In this document: positions 24,801 to 33,394 of the stretch, one piece after another
Layout: every line of letters starts with the position of its first letter
Numbering within the stretch: position 1 is the stretch's first letter
IMG/VR virus record: IMGVR_UViG_3300037458_001109
Location: 1 to 45,841 of that record
Direction: 5' to 3' (one strand)
DNA length: 45,841 bases
From: a virus
Lineage: Duplodnaviria > Caudoviricetes
Notes under the pieces: generated by a model
Told to the model about the DNA's origin: nothing
Seen by the model: the letters and a program-made list of their open reading frames with translations, nothing else
The model's database searches: none
Program-made: the position numbers and the translations under genes

Positions 24801-26980
24801 GCAGCACCAAGCTAGCAGCGCTTCTGCGTCCGCTAGCAAAGGCTGGCGGGGAGAACTACTGCAAGGACCCGGAGACCGGTCACTTCTGTGGAAGCGGTGA
24901 CGGAGGTAGCGGCGGAGGCAAGGCAAAGGTGCGTGCCTCCGGCAAGTCTACGAAGGCTTATGCGTCGGTGACCAAAGGCGACCTGTTCAAGGACGACTTT
25001 TGGAACGACCTCAATAAGTCACAAGGATGGTACGACAAGGAGGCAGACAAAAACCCCTACAGCAAGGGGGCCGACAAGGCGCACGTCGCCAATACCCTCT
25101 CCTCCCAGTTGCAAAACAACAAGGCGTGGCAGGAGGCCAAATCGGCGATGGAACGTCACGGCTTCAAGCCTCTCCACGGGTCTATGGAATCGACTGTGGT
25201 GCATACGTGGGCGCGCACAAGCGGCGACAACGACAAGCTATCGGTTGCCTTGCAAGCGGCTGCGCGCGAGGAGTTCGGCCTGCGCACAGCAACCCACGAC
25301 CACTTCATGTCCGATGACAAGCTGAAGCAAGCCTGGGGCAGCGACTACCCGAAGATCGTCAAGGGGCTGCGAGCGTTCTCCCGTCAGGTCTACGAGAACA
25401 CGCAGAAGGAGCTGGCCAGCAAAGGCATTAAGGAGGTCGCAGTCGTGCGTGGCTTCGCCATCAACGAGCACCACCTAAAGTCTGATCGTGCTGTTGTGGC
25501 CCAAGACCGGCCGGTGCTGTCGGTCTCAAAGATGAAGTGGTCCCCGCTGAGCAGCTTCACCGTCAGTGAATACACAGCGACGGAGTTCCTCACTTCCGGC
25601 TCGCAGAAGAAGGGCGAGTACATGGCTCTTGCCTTCGAGCGGGTAGCGGCCAAAGACGTGTTCAGCTACTTCCGCACGGGGCCGGGGTGCAAAGACGAAG
25701 GCGAAGTGGTGGTGCTTGGCCATACGAGGAAGACCGCTGTCCTTACAATGAAAAACAAGCCGATGGCATTCTCCCACGCCAAAGAGCTGTTTCATAAGAA
25801 GAAGGTCAGTTCCAAAGAGAAGCCTACCAAGGTCGATCTTACCGCACTGCTGACCAAAGCTGAGGAGGAGGACGAGGACTTGCCCGAACTGTCGGTGACG
25901 CTTTCTCCGGACGAGAATTTGGACAACGCCGACTGGCTCAAGACCACGTGGGACATGCCTCCGTACAAGTCTCCGGAGTTCATGGACCTGTTGCGCCCTC
26001 GCACGCTTGCGCAGTTCCGCACGCTGCCTGTCTACAAGCACGCGGTTAGAAAGGGGCTGATCAAGAATGACAAGTGGGTAGGTGAGGAGAAGAAGGCTAG
26101 CAAGCTCTTCGGCGGCTACGGTCTTCGGCCAGCTTGCCCGATCTGCGCACTAGCCAAAGCCAGCAAGAAGCGCAGCCCGACAGGCCTTGCTGGAACTGGT
26201 CTCAGGGCTTACGTTACGACCAACGAGGCAGCGACCGCGGCAGCGCTGGCCAAGGTGATGCGGAAGTACGCCGCAAAGTTTTCGAAGAAGGTAGCACTGA
26301 TGCTCGGCCTGACAAAGGCGTCGAAGAAGAAGCCAACCGTCGACTCCATCCTGAAGCAACTGGATGTCGACGGCTTCGCGACGGCTGTTGTCGATGCGCT
26401 GACCCCGGACATGGTCGAGGCCTTCAAAGTTGCGGGCGTGCGCGCTTTCCAAAGCGTAGGCATGCAGGAGGACATGGAGGCTGCACTCTCGCAGCTGGAC
26501 GAGGCTGCGCTGAACTGGGCAACGGAGCGTGGGGCTGAGCTCGTCGGTCGCCAGCTCAGCGACGACGGCACGGAGCTGATCGAGAACCCCGACGCCAAAT
26601 GGAGCATCACCGAAACTACCCGTGACGCTCTCCGCAGCAAGATCTCCGAAGCCGTTGAGTCCGGGTGGGGTGCGCAAGACTTGGCGCGTGAGATCGAGGA
26701 CTCCTTCGCATTCAGCGAAGGGCGTGCTTCGATGATCGCACGCACGGAGTTGGCCTTTGCGCACACCAGCGGCAACGTGGAAGGCTGGCGAGAGTCAGGA
26801 GTGGTGGTTGGCAAGCAGGCGATCATGGCCGACACTCACCCCGAAATCGACGTGTGTGATGACAACGCAGAGGCGGGGCCGATCCCGCTGGAGGAGAACT
26901 TCCCCTCCGGTGACTACGCTCCGCCGTTCCACCCCAACTGCCTTTGCGACCTTGTCCCGGTACTCGAAGGCGAGATGTGA
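24797..26980 (+). CDS. MuF/SPP1 gp7-like minor head protein with N-terminal ADP-ribosyltransferase-like domain
   Basis: C-terminal RASMIARTE...DVC..N...PPFHPNCLC (MuF); N-terminal VVRGF / LSSFT / DEGEVVV (R-S-ExE). Confidence 0.85.
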   Translation: MSSTKLAALLRPLAKAGGENYCKDPETGHFCGSGDGGSGGGKAKVRASGKSTKAYASVTKGDLFKDDFWNDLNKSQGWYDKEADKNPYSKGADKAHVANTLSSQLQNNKAWQEAKSAMERHGFKPLHGSMESTVVHTWARTSGDNDKLSVALQAAAREEFGLRTATHDHFMSDDKLKQAWGSDYPKIVKGLRAFSRQVYENTQKELASKGIKEVAVVRGFAINEHHLKSDRAVVAQDRPVLSVSKMKWSPLSSFTVSEYTATEFLTSGSQKKGEYMALAFERVAAKDVFSYFRTGPGCKDEGEVVVLGHTRKTAVLTMKNKPMAFSHAKELFHKKKVSSKEKPTKVDLTALLTKAEEEDEDLPELSVTLSPDENLDNADWLKTTWDMPPYKSPEFMDLLRPRTLAQFRTLPVYKHAVRKGLIKNDKWVGEEKKASKLFGGYGLRPACPICALAKASKKRSPTGLAGTGLRAYVTTNEAATAAALAKVMRKYAAKFSKKVALMLGLTKASKKKPTVDSILKQLDVDGFATAVVDALTPDMVEAFKVAGVRAFQSVGMQEDMEAALSQLDEAALNWATERGAELVGRQLSDDGTELIENPDAKWSITETTRDALRSKISEAVESGWGAQDLAREIEDSFAFSEGRASMIARTELAFAHTSGNVEGWRESGVVVGKQAIMADTHPEIDVCDDNAEAGPIPLEENFPSGDYAPPFHPNCLCDLVPVLEGEM

Positions 26981-27005
26981 CTTTTCAACCTCTGGAGGAA
27001 TGCAG

Positions 27006-28517
27006 ATGAACGGGCTGTTCGCACAGATCACGAAGGTCGACGAGGAGAAGCGCCTCGTCTACGGCCGCGCAGTGCAGGAGACTCCCGACCGCTCGGACGA
27101 GATCTTCGACTACGAAAGCTCCAAGCCATACTTCAAGACGTGGAGCGACGAGGTCAAGGCCGACACCAACGGCAAGTCCCTCGGCAACGTGCGCTCCATG
27201 CACAGCAACGTCGCCGCCGGCAAGGTGATCGACATGCAGTTCAACGACGACGAGAAGGCCATCGACATCGCAGCCAAGATCGTCGACGACAACGAGTGGC
27301 AGAAGGTGCTCGAGGGTGTCCACACCGGATTCAGCATCGGCGGCGTCTACGTCGGCGAGAAGAAGACGGAGAAGATCGACAACGGCAAGGAGGTGAAGCG
27401 CTACACCGCAAAGCCCAACGAAATCTCCCTCGTGGACCGCCCGTGCATTCCGACCGCGAAGTTCTTCGACATCCAGAAGGCGGATGGCTCCGTGACGCAG
27501 GTGGAGTTCAAGCACCAGCCGGAGAGTTCCAACCCCTCGGCCTCCGAGAGCTCCTCCGAATCCGAGAAGGCCGTGGAGAAAGCCGAGGAAGCTTCCTCGA
27601 CCGACTCCTCGAACCAGTCCTCGGAGGCCTCGAGCGAGTCTTCCTCGGAATCGAAAGAGTACCAGGTCGCCGGGTCCGACGAGGACGTGGCAAAGCTGGC
27701 GGAGCTGATGGACACGGCCAAACTGTCCGTCGGTGACGTCATCGGCATGGTCAACAAGTGCTGCGAGCAGGCGAAGGCCGAGACCGAGCCGTCGACGCTG
27801 GTGGTGCTCGGCAAGGGTATGTACCAGGTGCGCGAGATGGCCACCCTGATCGACTCGATGTCGTTCCTTGCCCGCGTGTGCGCGGCCGAGGAAGCGGCCG
27901 AGAAGGACAGGGCCAGCGTGATGCCGGCGCGGATGCGCGAGCTGCTGAAGAACATGACTGACGTACTGGTCGAGCTCGTGCGCGAGGAAACGATGGAGCT
28001 CAACAACGAGCAGCTGGCGATGGCGGACAAGCCCGGCGAGCTCATGAAGCTCTACCTCGAAAAGGTCGGCCGCCGGAACAAGGCAGAAGACCTCGCACGC
28101 ATCCGTCGCGTGCGCGACCTCGCCAAGCAACTCCTCGACACGGCCGAAGAGCTCGGCGCTTCGGAAGGCGACGAGGAGTCGAAGAAGGAGGCCGAGAAGC
28201 TTGCGAAGGCCGTCGACAGCGGTGAGCTGGCGAAGGTCACGCAGTCCCTGGACGGTGCCCTCAAGAAGATCGACGAGGTGCTGTCCGAGAACAAGACGCT
28301 GAAGGCGCGCGTCGAGAAGCTGGAAGCTCAGCCGGCGTACCCGAAGGCGACTCTCAAGGCGGTGCCCGTCAGCAAGTCCGACGACACCAATTCCCTCAAC
28401 CCCGGTGCTCGCATCGACCCCGTCGTGAAGAACGGCGAGGTGCAGGATGCGGCGACCGAGATCAAGAAGCTTCACCAACAGGGCGGGGCTGCGCTCAACC
28501 TGAGCCCCCTGCGTTGA
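27006..28517 (+). CDS. prohead protease fused to scaffold
   Basis: GGAGG RBS; KVDEEKRLVYG, RSMH, GFSIGG, EISLVDRP; C-terminal coiled coil. Confidence 0.88.
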   Translation: MNGLFAQITKVDEEKRLVYGRAVQETPDRSDEIFDYESSKPYFKTWSDEVKADTNGKSLGNVRSMHSNVAAGKVIDMQFNDDEKAIDIAAKIVDDNEWQKVLEGVHTGFSIGGVYVGEKKTEKIDNGKEVKRYTAKPNEISLVDRPCIPTAKFFDIQKADGSVTQVEFKHQPESSNPSASESSSESEKAVEKAEEASSTDSSNQSSEASSESSSESKEYQVAGSDEDVAKLAELMDTAKLSVGDVIGMVNKCCEQAKAETEPSTLVVLGKGMYQVREMATLIDSMSFLARVCAAEEAAEKDRASVMPARMRELLKNMTDVLVELVREETMELNNEQLAMADKPGELMKLYLEKVGRRNKAEDLARIRRVRDLAKQLLDTAEELGASEGDEESKKEAEKLAKAVDSGELAKVTQSLDGALKKIDEVLSENKTLKARVEKLEAQPAYPKATLKAVPVSKSDDTNSLNPGARIDPVVKNGEVQDAATEIKKLHQQGGAALNLSPLR

Positions 28518-28560
28518 TCAACCCCTTCAACCCACACTGCACACTCATAGGAGAAAGCAG

Positions 28561-30099
28561 ATGAACCAGCAGCAACAGGCAGCACTGGCGCAGGAGACCC
28601 TGGCGCTCATGAAGCAGGCGCAAGCCACTCCGTCTTCGGATCTGGCCAAGGCGTTCACGCAGTCCGGCTCGGCGACGACCGGCATCACGGCGTACGACCT
28701 CGAGGCGCCGTCCAAGAAGCTCTATCCGGTCATTACCCCGCTCCGCAACCGCATCCCGCGCGTCAGCGGCCGCGGCGGCATCCAGGCAAACTGGAAGGCC
28801 GTGACGGGCATCAACATCAACAACATGTCCGCCGGCGTCAGCGAAGGCAACCGCGGCGGCGTGGTGGCGACCTCCACCGCAGACTACAACGCCGTCTACC
28901 GCGGCCTGGGTCTCGAGGACTACGTCACGCTCGAGGCGGAGTACGCTTCCCAGGGCTACGAGGACGTGAAAGCGCTGGCAGTCGAAGGCCTGCTCCGTTC
29001 GCTGATGATCCAGGAAGAGCGTATCGTCCTCGGCGGCAACGGCGGCGCGGTGGCGCTCGGTACGACCCCGACCCCGTCGGCGTCGGCTGCCACCTCCGGC
29101 GGCGGGCTGGCGGATGCGACCTGGCGTGTCATCTGCGTGGCGCTCACCCTCGAAGGCTACCTGAACTCGAGCGTGTCGGCGACCGGCGTGCCGGGCAGGA
29201 TCTCGCGTACCAACTCCGACAGCTCCACGGATGCCTTCGGTGGCGGTTCGGCGAAGCAGAGCGCAGCGGCCACCGCAACGGTGACCGGCGGCGGCGGTGC
29301 GGGCTCGGTGTCGGCTTCGGTGGCGGCGGTCAACGGCGCGTTCGCATACGCCTGGTACCTGGGCTCGTCGGCCGGCACGGAACGCCTGCACAGCATCACG
29401 ACCATCAACAGCATCAAGTTCGTGGCGGCCGCCGGCGGCTCCAACCAGCTGGCAAGCGACCTGGCAACGGCGCAGACGGGGGCGGGCGGTTCCGACCAGT
29501 CGCAGAACGCGCTGGTCTTCGACGGCCTGCTGTACCAGATCTGCAAGTCGGGTTCCAACTCGTACATCAAGACGATGGCCACCGGTACCGCCGGCACGGG
29601 CACCCCGCTCACCGCGGACACCTACGGTGGCATCGTCGAGATCGACGATGCGCTGAAGTACTTCTGGGACACCTGGCGCCTGTCGCCGACCGACATCTAC
29701 GTGTCGTCGCAGGAGCTCCAGAACATCACCAAGAAGGTGCTGCAGGGCGGAGCCAACGCTGCCCAGCGCTTCAACTTCACGGTGAACCAGGACATGATCG
29801 GGGGCGGCGTGATGGTCACGTCGTACCTGAACAAGTTCGGGATGATGGGGCCGACGGAGATTCCCTTCCGTCTGCACCCCAACCTTCCCCCGGGCACGAT
29901 CATGTTCTACTGCGACAAGCCGCCCTACCCGATCTCGAACATCCAGAACGTCGTGCAAATCAAGACGCGTCGGGAGTACTACCAGATCGAGTGGCCGATG
30001 CGCACCAGGAAGTACGAGTACGGCGTCTACGCGGACGAGGTGCTGCAGAACTACTTCCCGCCGTCCTTCGGCATCATCACCAACATCGCCAACGGCTAG
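28561..30099 (+). CDS. major capsid protein
   Basis: Follows protease; YDLE.P.K.LYPV.TPLRN.IPRV; extreme codon bias; followed by terminator. Confidence 0.9.
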   Translation: MNQQQQAALAQETLALMKQAQATPSSDLAKAFTQSGSATTGITAYDLEAPSKKLYPVITPLRNRIPRVSGRGGIQANWKAVTGININNMSAGVSEGNRGGVVATSTADYNAVYRGLGLEDYVTLEAEYASQGYEDVKALAVEGLLRSLMIQEERIVLGGNGGAVALGTTPTPSASAATSGGGLADATWRVICVALTLEGYLNSSVSATGVPGRISRTNSDSSTDAFGGGSAKQSAAATATVTGGGGAGSVSASVAAVNGAFAYAWYLGSSAGTERLHSITTINSIKFVAAAGGSNQLASDLATAQTGAGGSDQSQNALVFDGLLYQICKSGSNSYIKTMATGTAGTGTPLTADTYGGIVEIDDALKYFWDTWRLSPTDIYVSSQELQNITKKVLQGGANAAQRFNFTVNQDMIGGGVMVTSYLNKFGMMGPTEIPFRLHPNLPPGTIMFYCDKPPYPISNIQNVVQIKTRREYYQIEWPMRTRKYEYGVYADEVLQNYFPPSFGIITNIANG

Positions 30100-30107
30100 C
30101 AGCGCGG

Positions 30108-30162
30108 GGCGGTAACTGAGGTTGCCGCCATTGGGGGTCGGAGAAATCCGACCCCGCTTTTT
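30108..30162 (+). terminator. tandem hairpins, intrinsic terminator after capsid gene
   Basis: GGCGGTAAC-TGAG-GTTGCCGCC, then GGGGTCGGA-GAAA-TCCGACCCC-GCTTTTT. Confidence 0.8.
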
Positions 30163-30187
30163 CCTCAATCCGAAAAGGAGAACGGAA

Positions 30188-30418
30188 GTGAAAGTGAAAA
30201 TGCAGGCACCCGAAGGTCTGTGCAGCGTCTCGATCGAGGGCGTGGAAGTCGAACTCGACGAGGACGGCTGCGTGGAAGCGCAGGGCACCCACATCGACAC
30301 GCTGAAGGCCCACGGCTTCGTCGAAGCCCCCAAGCCAAAGGCGAAGGCAGTCGACGAGGAAGACGAGAGCGAAGAAAGGACCTCGCGCCCCAGACCGGCG
30401 AAGAAGGTCAAACAGTAG
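30188..30418 (+). CDS. small head-associated hypothetical protein
   Basis: AAGGAG RBS before GTG; typical small gene after capsid. Confidence 0.65.
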   Translation: MKVKMQAPEGLCSVSIEGVEVELDEDGCVEAQGTHIDTLKAHGFVEAPKPKAKAVDEEDESEERTSRPRPAKKVKQ

Positions 30419-30441
30419 CAATCCGCGAAGGAGATTAGGCT

Positions 30442-30993
30442 ATGACTGCGTTCGCAACAGTCGATCAGGTCAAAGAGTACCTCGACTTCAAGACATCCGG
30501 CACGGAAGAAGACGGGCTGCTCGAAAGACTGTGCGACGCAGCCACGGCCGCCATGCAGTCCTATATGTCGCGCACAATCTCGTCGGCCGCAGTGCAAGAC
30601 AAGTTCAGCGGGCACGGTTCGTCGATGCGCGTCACCTCGCATTATCCGATTGTCAGCGTGCAGTCAGTCTCGGTGGACGGCGTGGCGTACTCAGCATCCA
30701 ACGGCAAGACGACTGGCTTCGTGTACGACGAGTTCGCCGTGTACTTGATCGGTGCTTCTTTCGGCCGTGGCGTGCTCAACTGTGTCGTCGGCTACACCGC
30801 CGGGTACGTTGCAGTCCCCGCAGACCTTGTGCAAGCGTGCGCTCGCTGGGCTGCGCACTTCTACAGGGAGCGGAGCCGCATTGGTGAGAACAGCAAGAAC
30901 ATCCAGGGCATGGTCGTGTCCTTCGATGTGAAAGAGATCCCCCCGCAGGTGAAGTCGGTGCTGGACTCTTACCGTAAGCGGGTGCCGGCGTGA
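30442..30993 (+). CDS. head-tail adaptor (gp6/gp15-like)
   Basis: ATVDQVKEYL...DGLLERL..AA; YTAGY..VPADL.QAC; position. Confidence 0.85.
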   Translation: MTAFATVDQVKEYLDFKTSGTEEDGLLERLCDAATAAMQSYMSRTISSAAVQDKFSGHGSSMRVTSHYPIVSVQSVSVDGVAYSASNGKTTGFVYDEFAVYLIGASFGRGVLNCVVGYTAGYVAVPADLVQACARWAAHFYRERSRIGENSKNIQGMVVSFDVKEIPPQVKSVLDSYRKRVPA

Positions 30994-31496
30994 TCAAAGC
31001 CTACGTCATCGGCGACAAGGAAACGATCGCCCGCATCAAGTCTGCCCCGCCAAAGCTCGTCGATCGGCTGCGGAAGGCCGTTTCGATGCTCACTATCAAG
31101 CTCCAGCGGAAGGTGAAACAGGACAAGCTCTCCGGCCAAGTCCTGCACGTTCGCACTGGTACGCTACGCCGCAGCATCAACCAAAAGGTGGATTCAAAGG
31201 GCGGCAGGATCATCGGCACCGTCGGGACCAACGTCCACTACGCCGCCGTCCACGAGTTCGGTTTCAAAGGCACGGAGTTGGTGAAAGCTCACGTGCGGCG
31301 TGTGAAGTCCCGAGACTCCTTCCGCGGCAAGCGAAAGGTTGCTATGGGTGTTGCGTTCGTTTCCGCGCATACGCGGAAGATGGACATGCCCGAGCGCAGC
31401 TTCTTGCGCTCGTCGCTGCGGGACATGCAAGAAGACATCCGCAGTACGTTGCAGGCTGCGGTCAATAAGGTCATGAAGACGGTGAACAAGTCATGA
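30990..31496 (+). CDS. tail completion / neck protein (HK97 gp10-like)
   Basis: RTGTLRRSI, VGTNVHYAAVHEFG, MPERSFLR. Confidence 0.85.
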   Translation: MIKAYVIGDKETIARIKSAPPKLVDRLRKAVSMLTIKLQRKVKQDKLSGQVLHVRTGTLRRSINQKVDSKGGRIIGTVGTNVHYAAVHEFGFKGTELVKAHVRRVKSRDSFRGKRKVAMGVAFVSAHTRKMDMPERSFLRSSLRDMQEDIRSTLQAAVNKVMKTVNKS

Positions 31497-31924
31497 GCCC
31501 GCTGGAGACGATCTACACCTCCCTGTTCGATCTGCTGCGCACTGCGCCCGGATTGCGCACTGCCTCGAGGCGGCTGCGACACTGGGACGACGTTCCGTCT
31601 CAGGAACAGCCAGCGCTATTTCTCGCACAGGGCAACATCAACGCCGAGTTCGAGACCGGACTGCCTACGGTCTGGACTTGCCGTGCTGACGTATTCATCT
31701 ACGTGAAGACCGGTGGGGACTTGCACTCCACTCCGGCCTCTGTGTTCAACCCGATTCTGGACAGCATCATCAGCAAGCTCCTGCCACCTCCGCACTTGGG
31801 TGAGCAGACCTTAGGTGGGCTGGTTCACCGGTGCCGCATCGAAGGCGAAATCGAAACCGACGAGGGCACGCTGGGAGACCAGGCCGTTGTGATCATTCCC
31901 GTAACCATGTTCGTTCCTCAGTAG
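31493..31924 (+). CDS. tail terminator protein
   Basis: Position before tail tube; QPALF, TLGGLV. Confidence 0.7.
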   Translation: MSPLETIYTSLFDLLRTAPGLRTASRRLRHWDDVPSQEQPALFLAQGNINAEFETGLPTVWTCRADVFIYVKTGGDLHSTPASVFNPILDSIISKLLPPPHLGEQTLGGLVHRCRIEGEIETDEGTLGDQAVVIIPVTMFVPQ

Positions 31925-31934
31925 GAGGCATTCC

Positions 31935-32699
31935 ATGTACGTATTCGGTGCAGGCAACTTGTGGGCAGTCCCGCTCACGGATTCCCTAGGCAGCGCGATC
32001 TCCAACCCCACGCCGGTCAAGTTCGGCACGATGCAGGAAGTGTCCCTCGACATTTCCTTCGACGTGAAAGAGCTGCACGGCCAACTCCAGTTCCCGGTCG
32101 CCATCGGCCGCGGCAAAGGCAAGCTGGGCGGCAAGGCCAAGCTGGCCAACATCAGCGGCGCGCTGATGAATGCACTGCTCTTCGGTCAGACCCTCTCGGC
32201 AGGCCGCGAGTCGGTGTACATCGACACCGTCGGTGCTGCCATCCCCACCACGCCGTTCCAGATCACGACGGTCCCGCCCTCCAGCGGCACGTTCGCCGCA
32301 GACCTCGGCGTGCGTGACAGCACCGGCAAGGTCTACACCCGCGTGGCATCGGCGCCCGCCACCGGCCAGTATTCGGTGTCGGCAGGTGGCGTGTACACGT
32401 TCGCAGCGGCGGACACGACCAAGACGGTCTACATCGACTACCGCTACACCGCGACGTCGACCTCGGAGGTGAAGTCCACGGTGACCAACCAGCCGCTGGG
32501 CTACATCCCCACGTTCAGCATGGATCTCTACATGCCTTACAACGGCAAGTACTTCTACGTGCGCCTGCCGTCGTGCGTGTCGACCAAGCTGGGCATGGCG
32601 ACCAAGCTGGACGACTTCGCGGTGCCGGAGTTCGACTTCTCCGCTTTCGCGGACGCTGGCGGCAACGTGATGACGTACGGGGTCACGGACTCCTACTAA
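31935..32699 (+). CDS. major tail tube protein
   Basis: FGAG.L, FGTMQEVSLD, KEL.G..QFP; codon bias; followed by hairpin; no sheath gene. Confidence 0.85.
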   Translation: MYVFGAGNLWAVPLTDSLGSAISNPTPVKFGTMQEVSLDISFDVKELHGQLQFPVAIGRGKGKLGGKAKLANISGALMNALLFGQTLSAGRESVYIDTVGAAIPTTPFQITTVPPSSGTFAADLGVRDSTGKVYTRVASAPATGQYSVSAGGVYTFAAADTTKTVYIDYRYTATSTSEVKSTVTNQPLGYIPTFSMDLYMPYNGKYFYVRLPSCVSTKLGMATKLDDFAVPEFDFSAFADAGGNVMTYGVTDSY

Positions 32700-32707
32700 C
32701 CAGGGGT

Positions 32708-32741
32708 CGCGCGCTGCAATCTAGGGGCCTTGCAGCGCGCG
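32708..32741 (+). terminator. 12-bp stem-loop after tail tube gene
   Basis: CGCGCGCTGCAA / TTGCAGCGCGCG. Confidence 0.6.
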
Positions 32742-32783
32742 CCCTTGTGCTGTGCGTACTAGGGCCCCAAAGGAGAGTTCAAA

Positions 32784-33140
32784 ATGCTGCTAGAGCCAAA
32801 GGAGACGCTCGTCGATGGCGTCTCTGTTCGCCTCGGGGACCAGGATATCACTGTCCCTCCGATGAACCTCAAGGCCCTCAAGAAAGCGACGCCGCTGCTG
32901 GCCAAGCTGAGGGAGTTCGACGCAACCAAGAACGACGTGCCTCCGTCCGACGTCATGGACGCACTCCTCCAGCTCGTGGAGATGGCACTGAGCAGGAACT
33001 ACAAGAACGTCTCGGCGGAGCTTCTCGAGGAGGTCGTCGATATGAACAACCTCCCCTTGCTCATCGAGGCAACGATGAACAGCAGTGGCCTCCGGAGAAC
33101 TCAGCCGGGGGAGCCTCTGGCGACGGGAACGATCCAGTAG
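32784..33140 (+). CDS. tail assembly chaperone (gpG-like)
   Basis: Between tube and tape measure; slippery GGGGGAG near the 3' end. Confidence 0.8.
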   Translation: MLLEPKETLVDGVSVRLGDQDITVPPMNLKALKKATPLLAKLREFDATKNDVPPSDVMDALLQLVEMALSRNYKNVSAELLEEVVDMNNLPLLIEATMNSSGLRRTQPGEPLATGTIQ

Positions 33141-33394
33141 ACTGGGACCGACTGGTGGCGGACATTGCGATGAGCACCGGATGGACATGGGACTACGTTT
33201 TGAACAGCATGGATCTACCACGGCTGTTCTCGCTCATGGACTACTGGAAGCAATGGCCGCCGTTGCACAAGATGGTCGCTTCTTACTTCGGGCTAGGCAA
33301 GTCTTTGACTGCCCCAACGCTCAACCCGAAGGACATGGAGGCACAGATCCCGTCGCTGATCGCTGACATTGCCAGACTCAACGGAGCAGGATGA
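33107..33394 (+). CDS. tail assembly chaperone -1 frameshift extension (gpT-like)
   Basis: G GGG GAG at 33107-33113; -1 frame open: DWDRLVADIAMSTGWTWDYV...YWKQWPP. Confidence 0.75.
   Translation, partial: GGASGDGNDPVDWDRLVADIAMSTGWTWDYVLNSMDLPRLFSLMDYWKQWPPLHKMVASYFGLGKSLTAPTLNPKDMEAQIPSLIADIARLNGAG

Noticed and set aside
26757-27005. Longer start for the prohead protease
   Set aside because: Overlaps the MuF C-terminus; GGAGG RBS supports ATG 27006
28495-30642. 715-aa minus-strand ORF, and similar ones at 26985..28478, 19989..21287, 16857..18086 and 23859..24926
   Set aside because: Antisense shadows of codon-biased GC-rich structural genes; R/G/V-rich with no motifs or RBS
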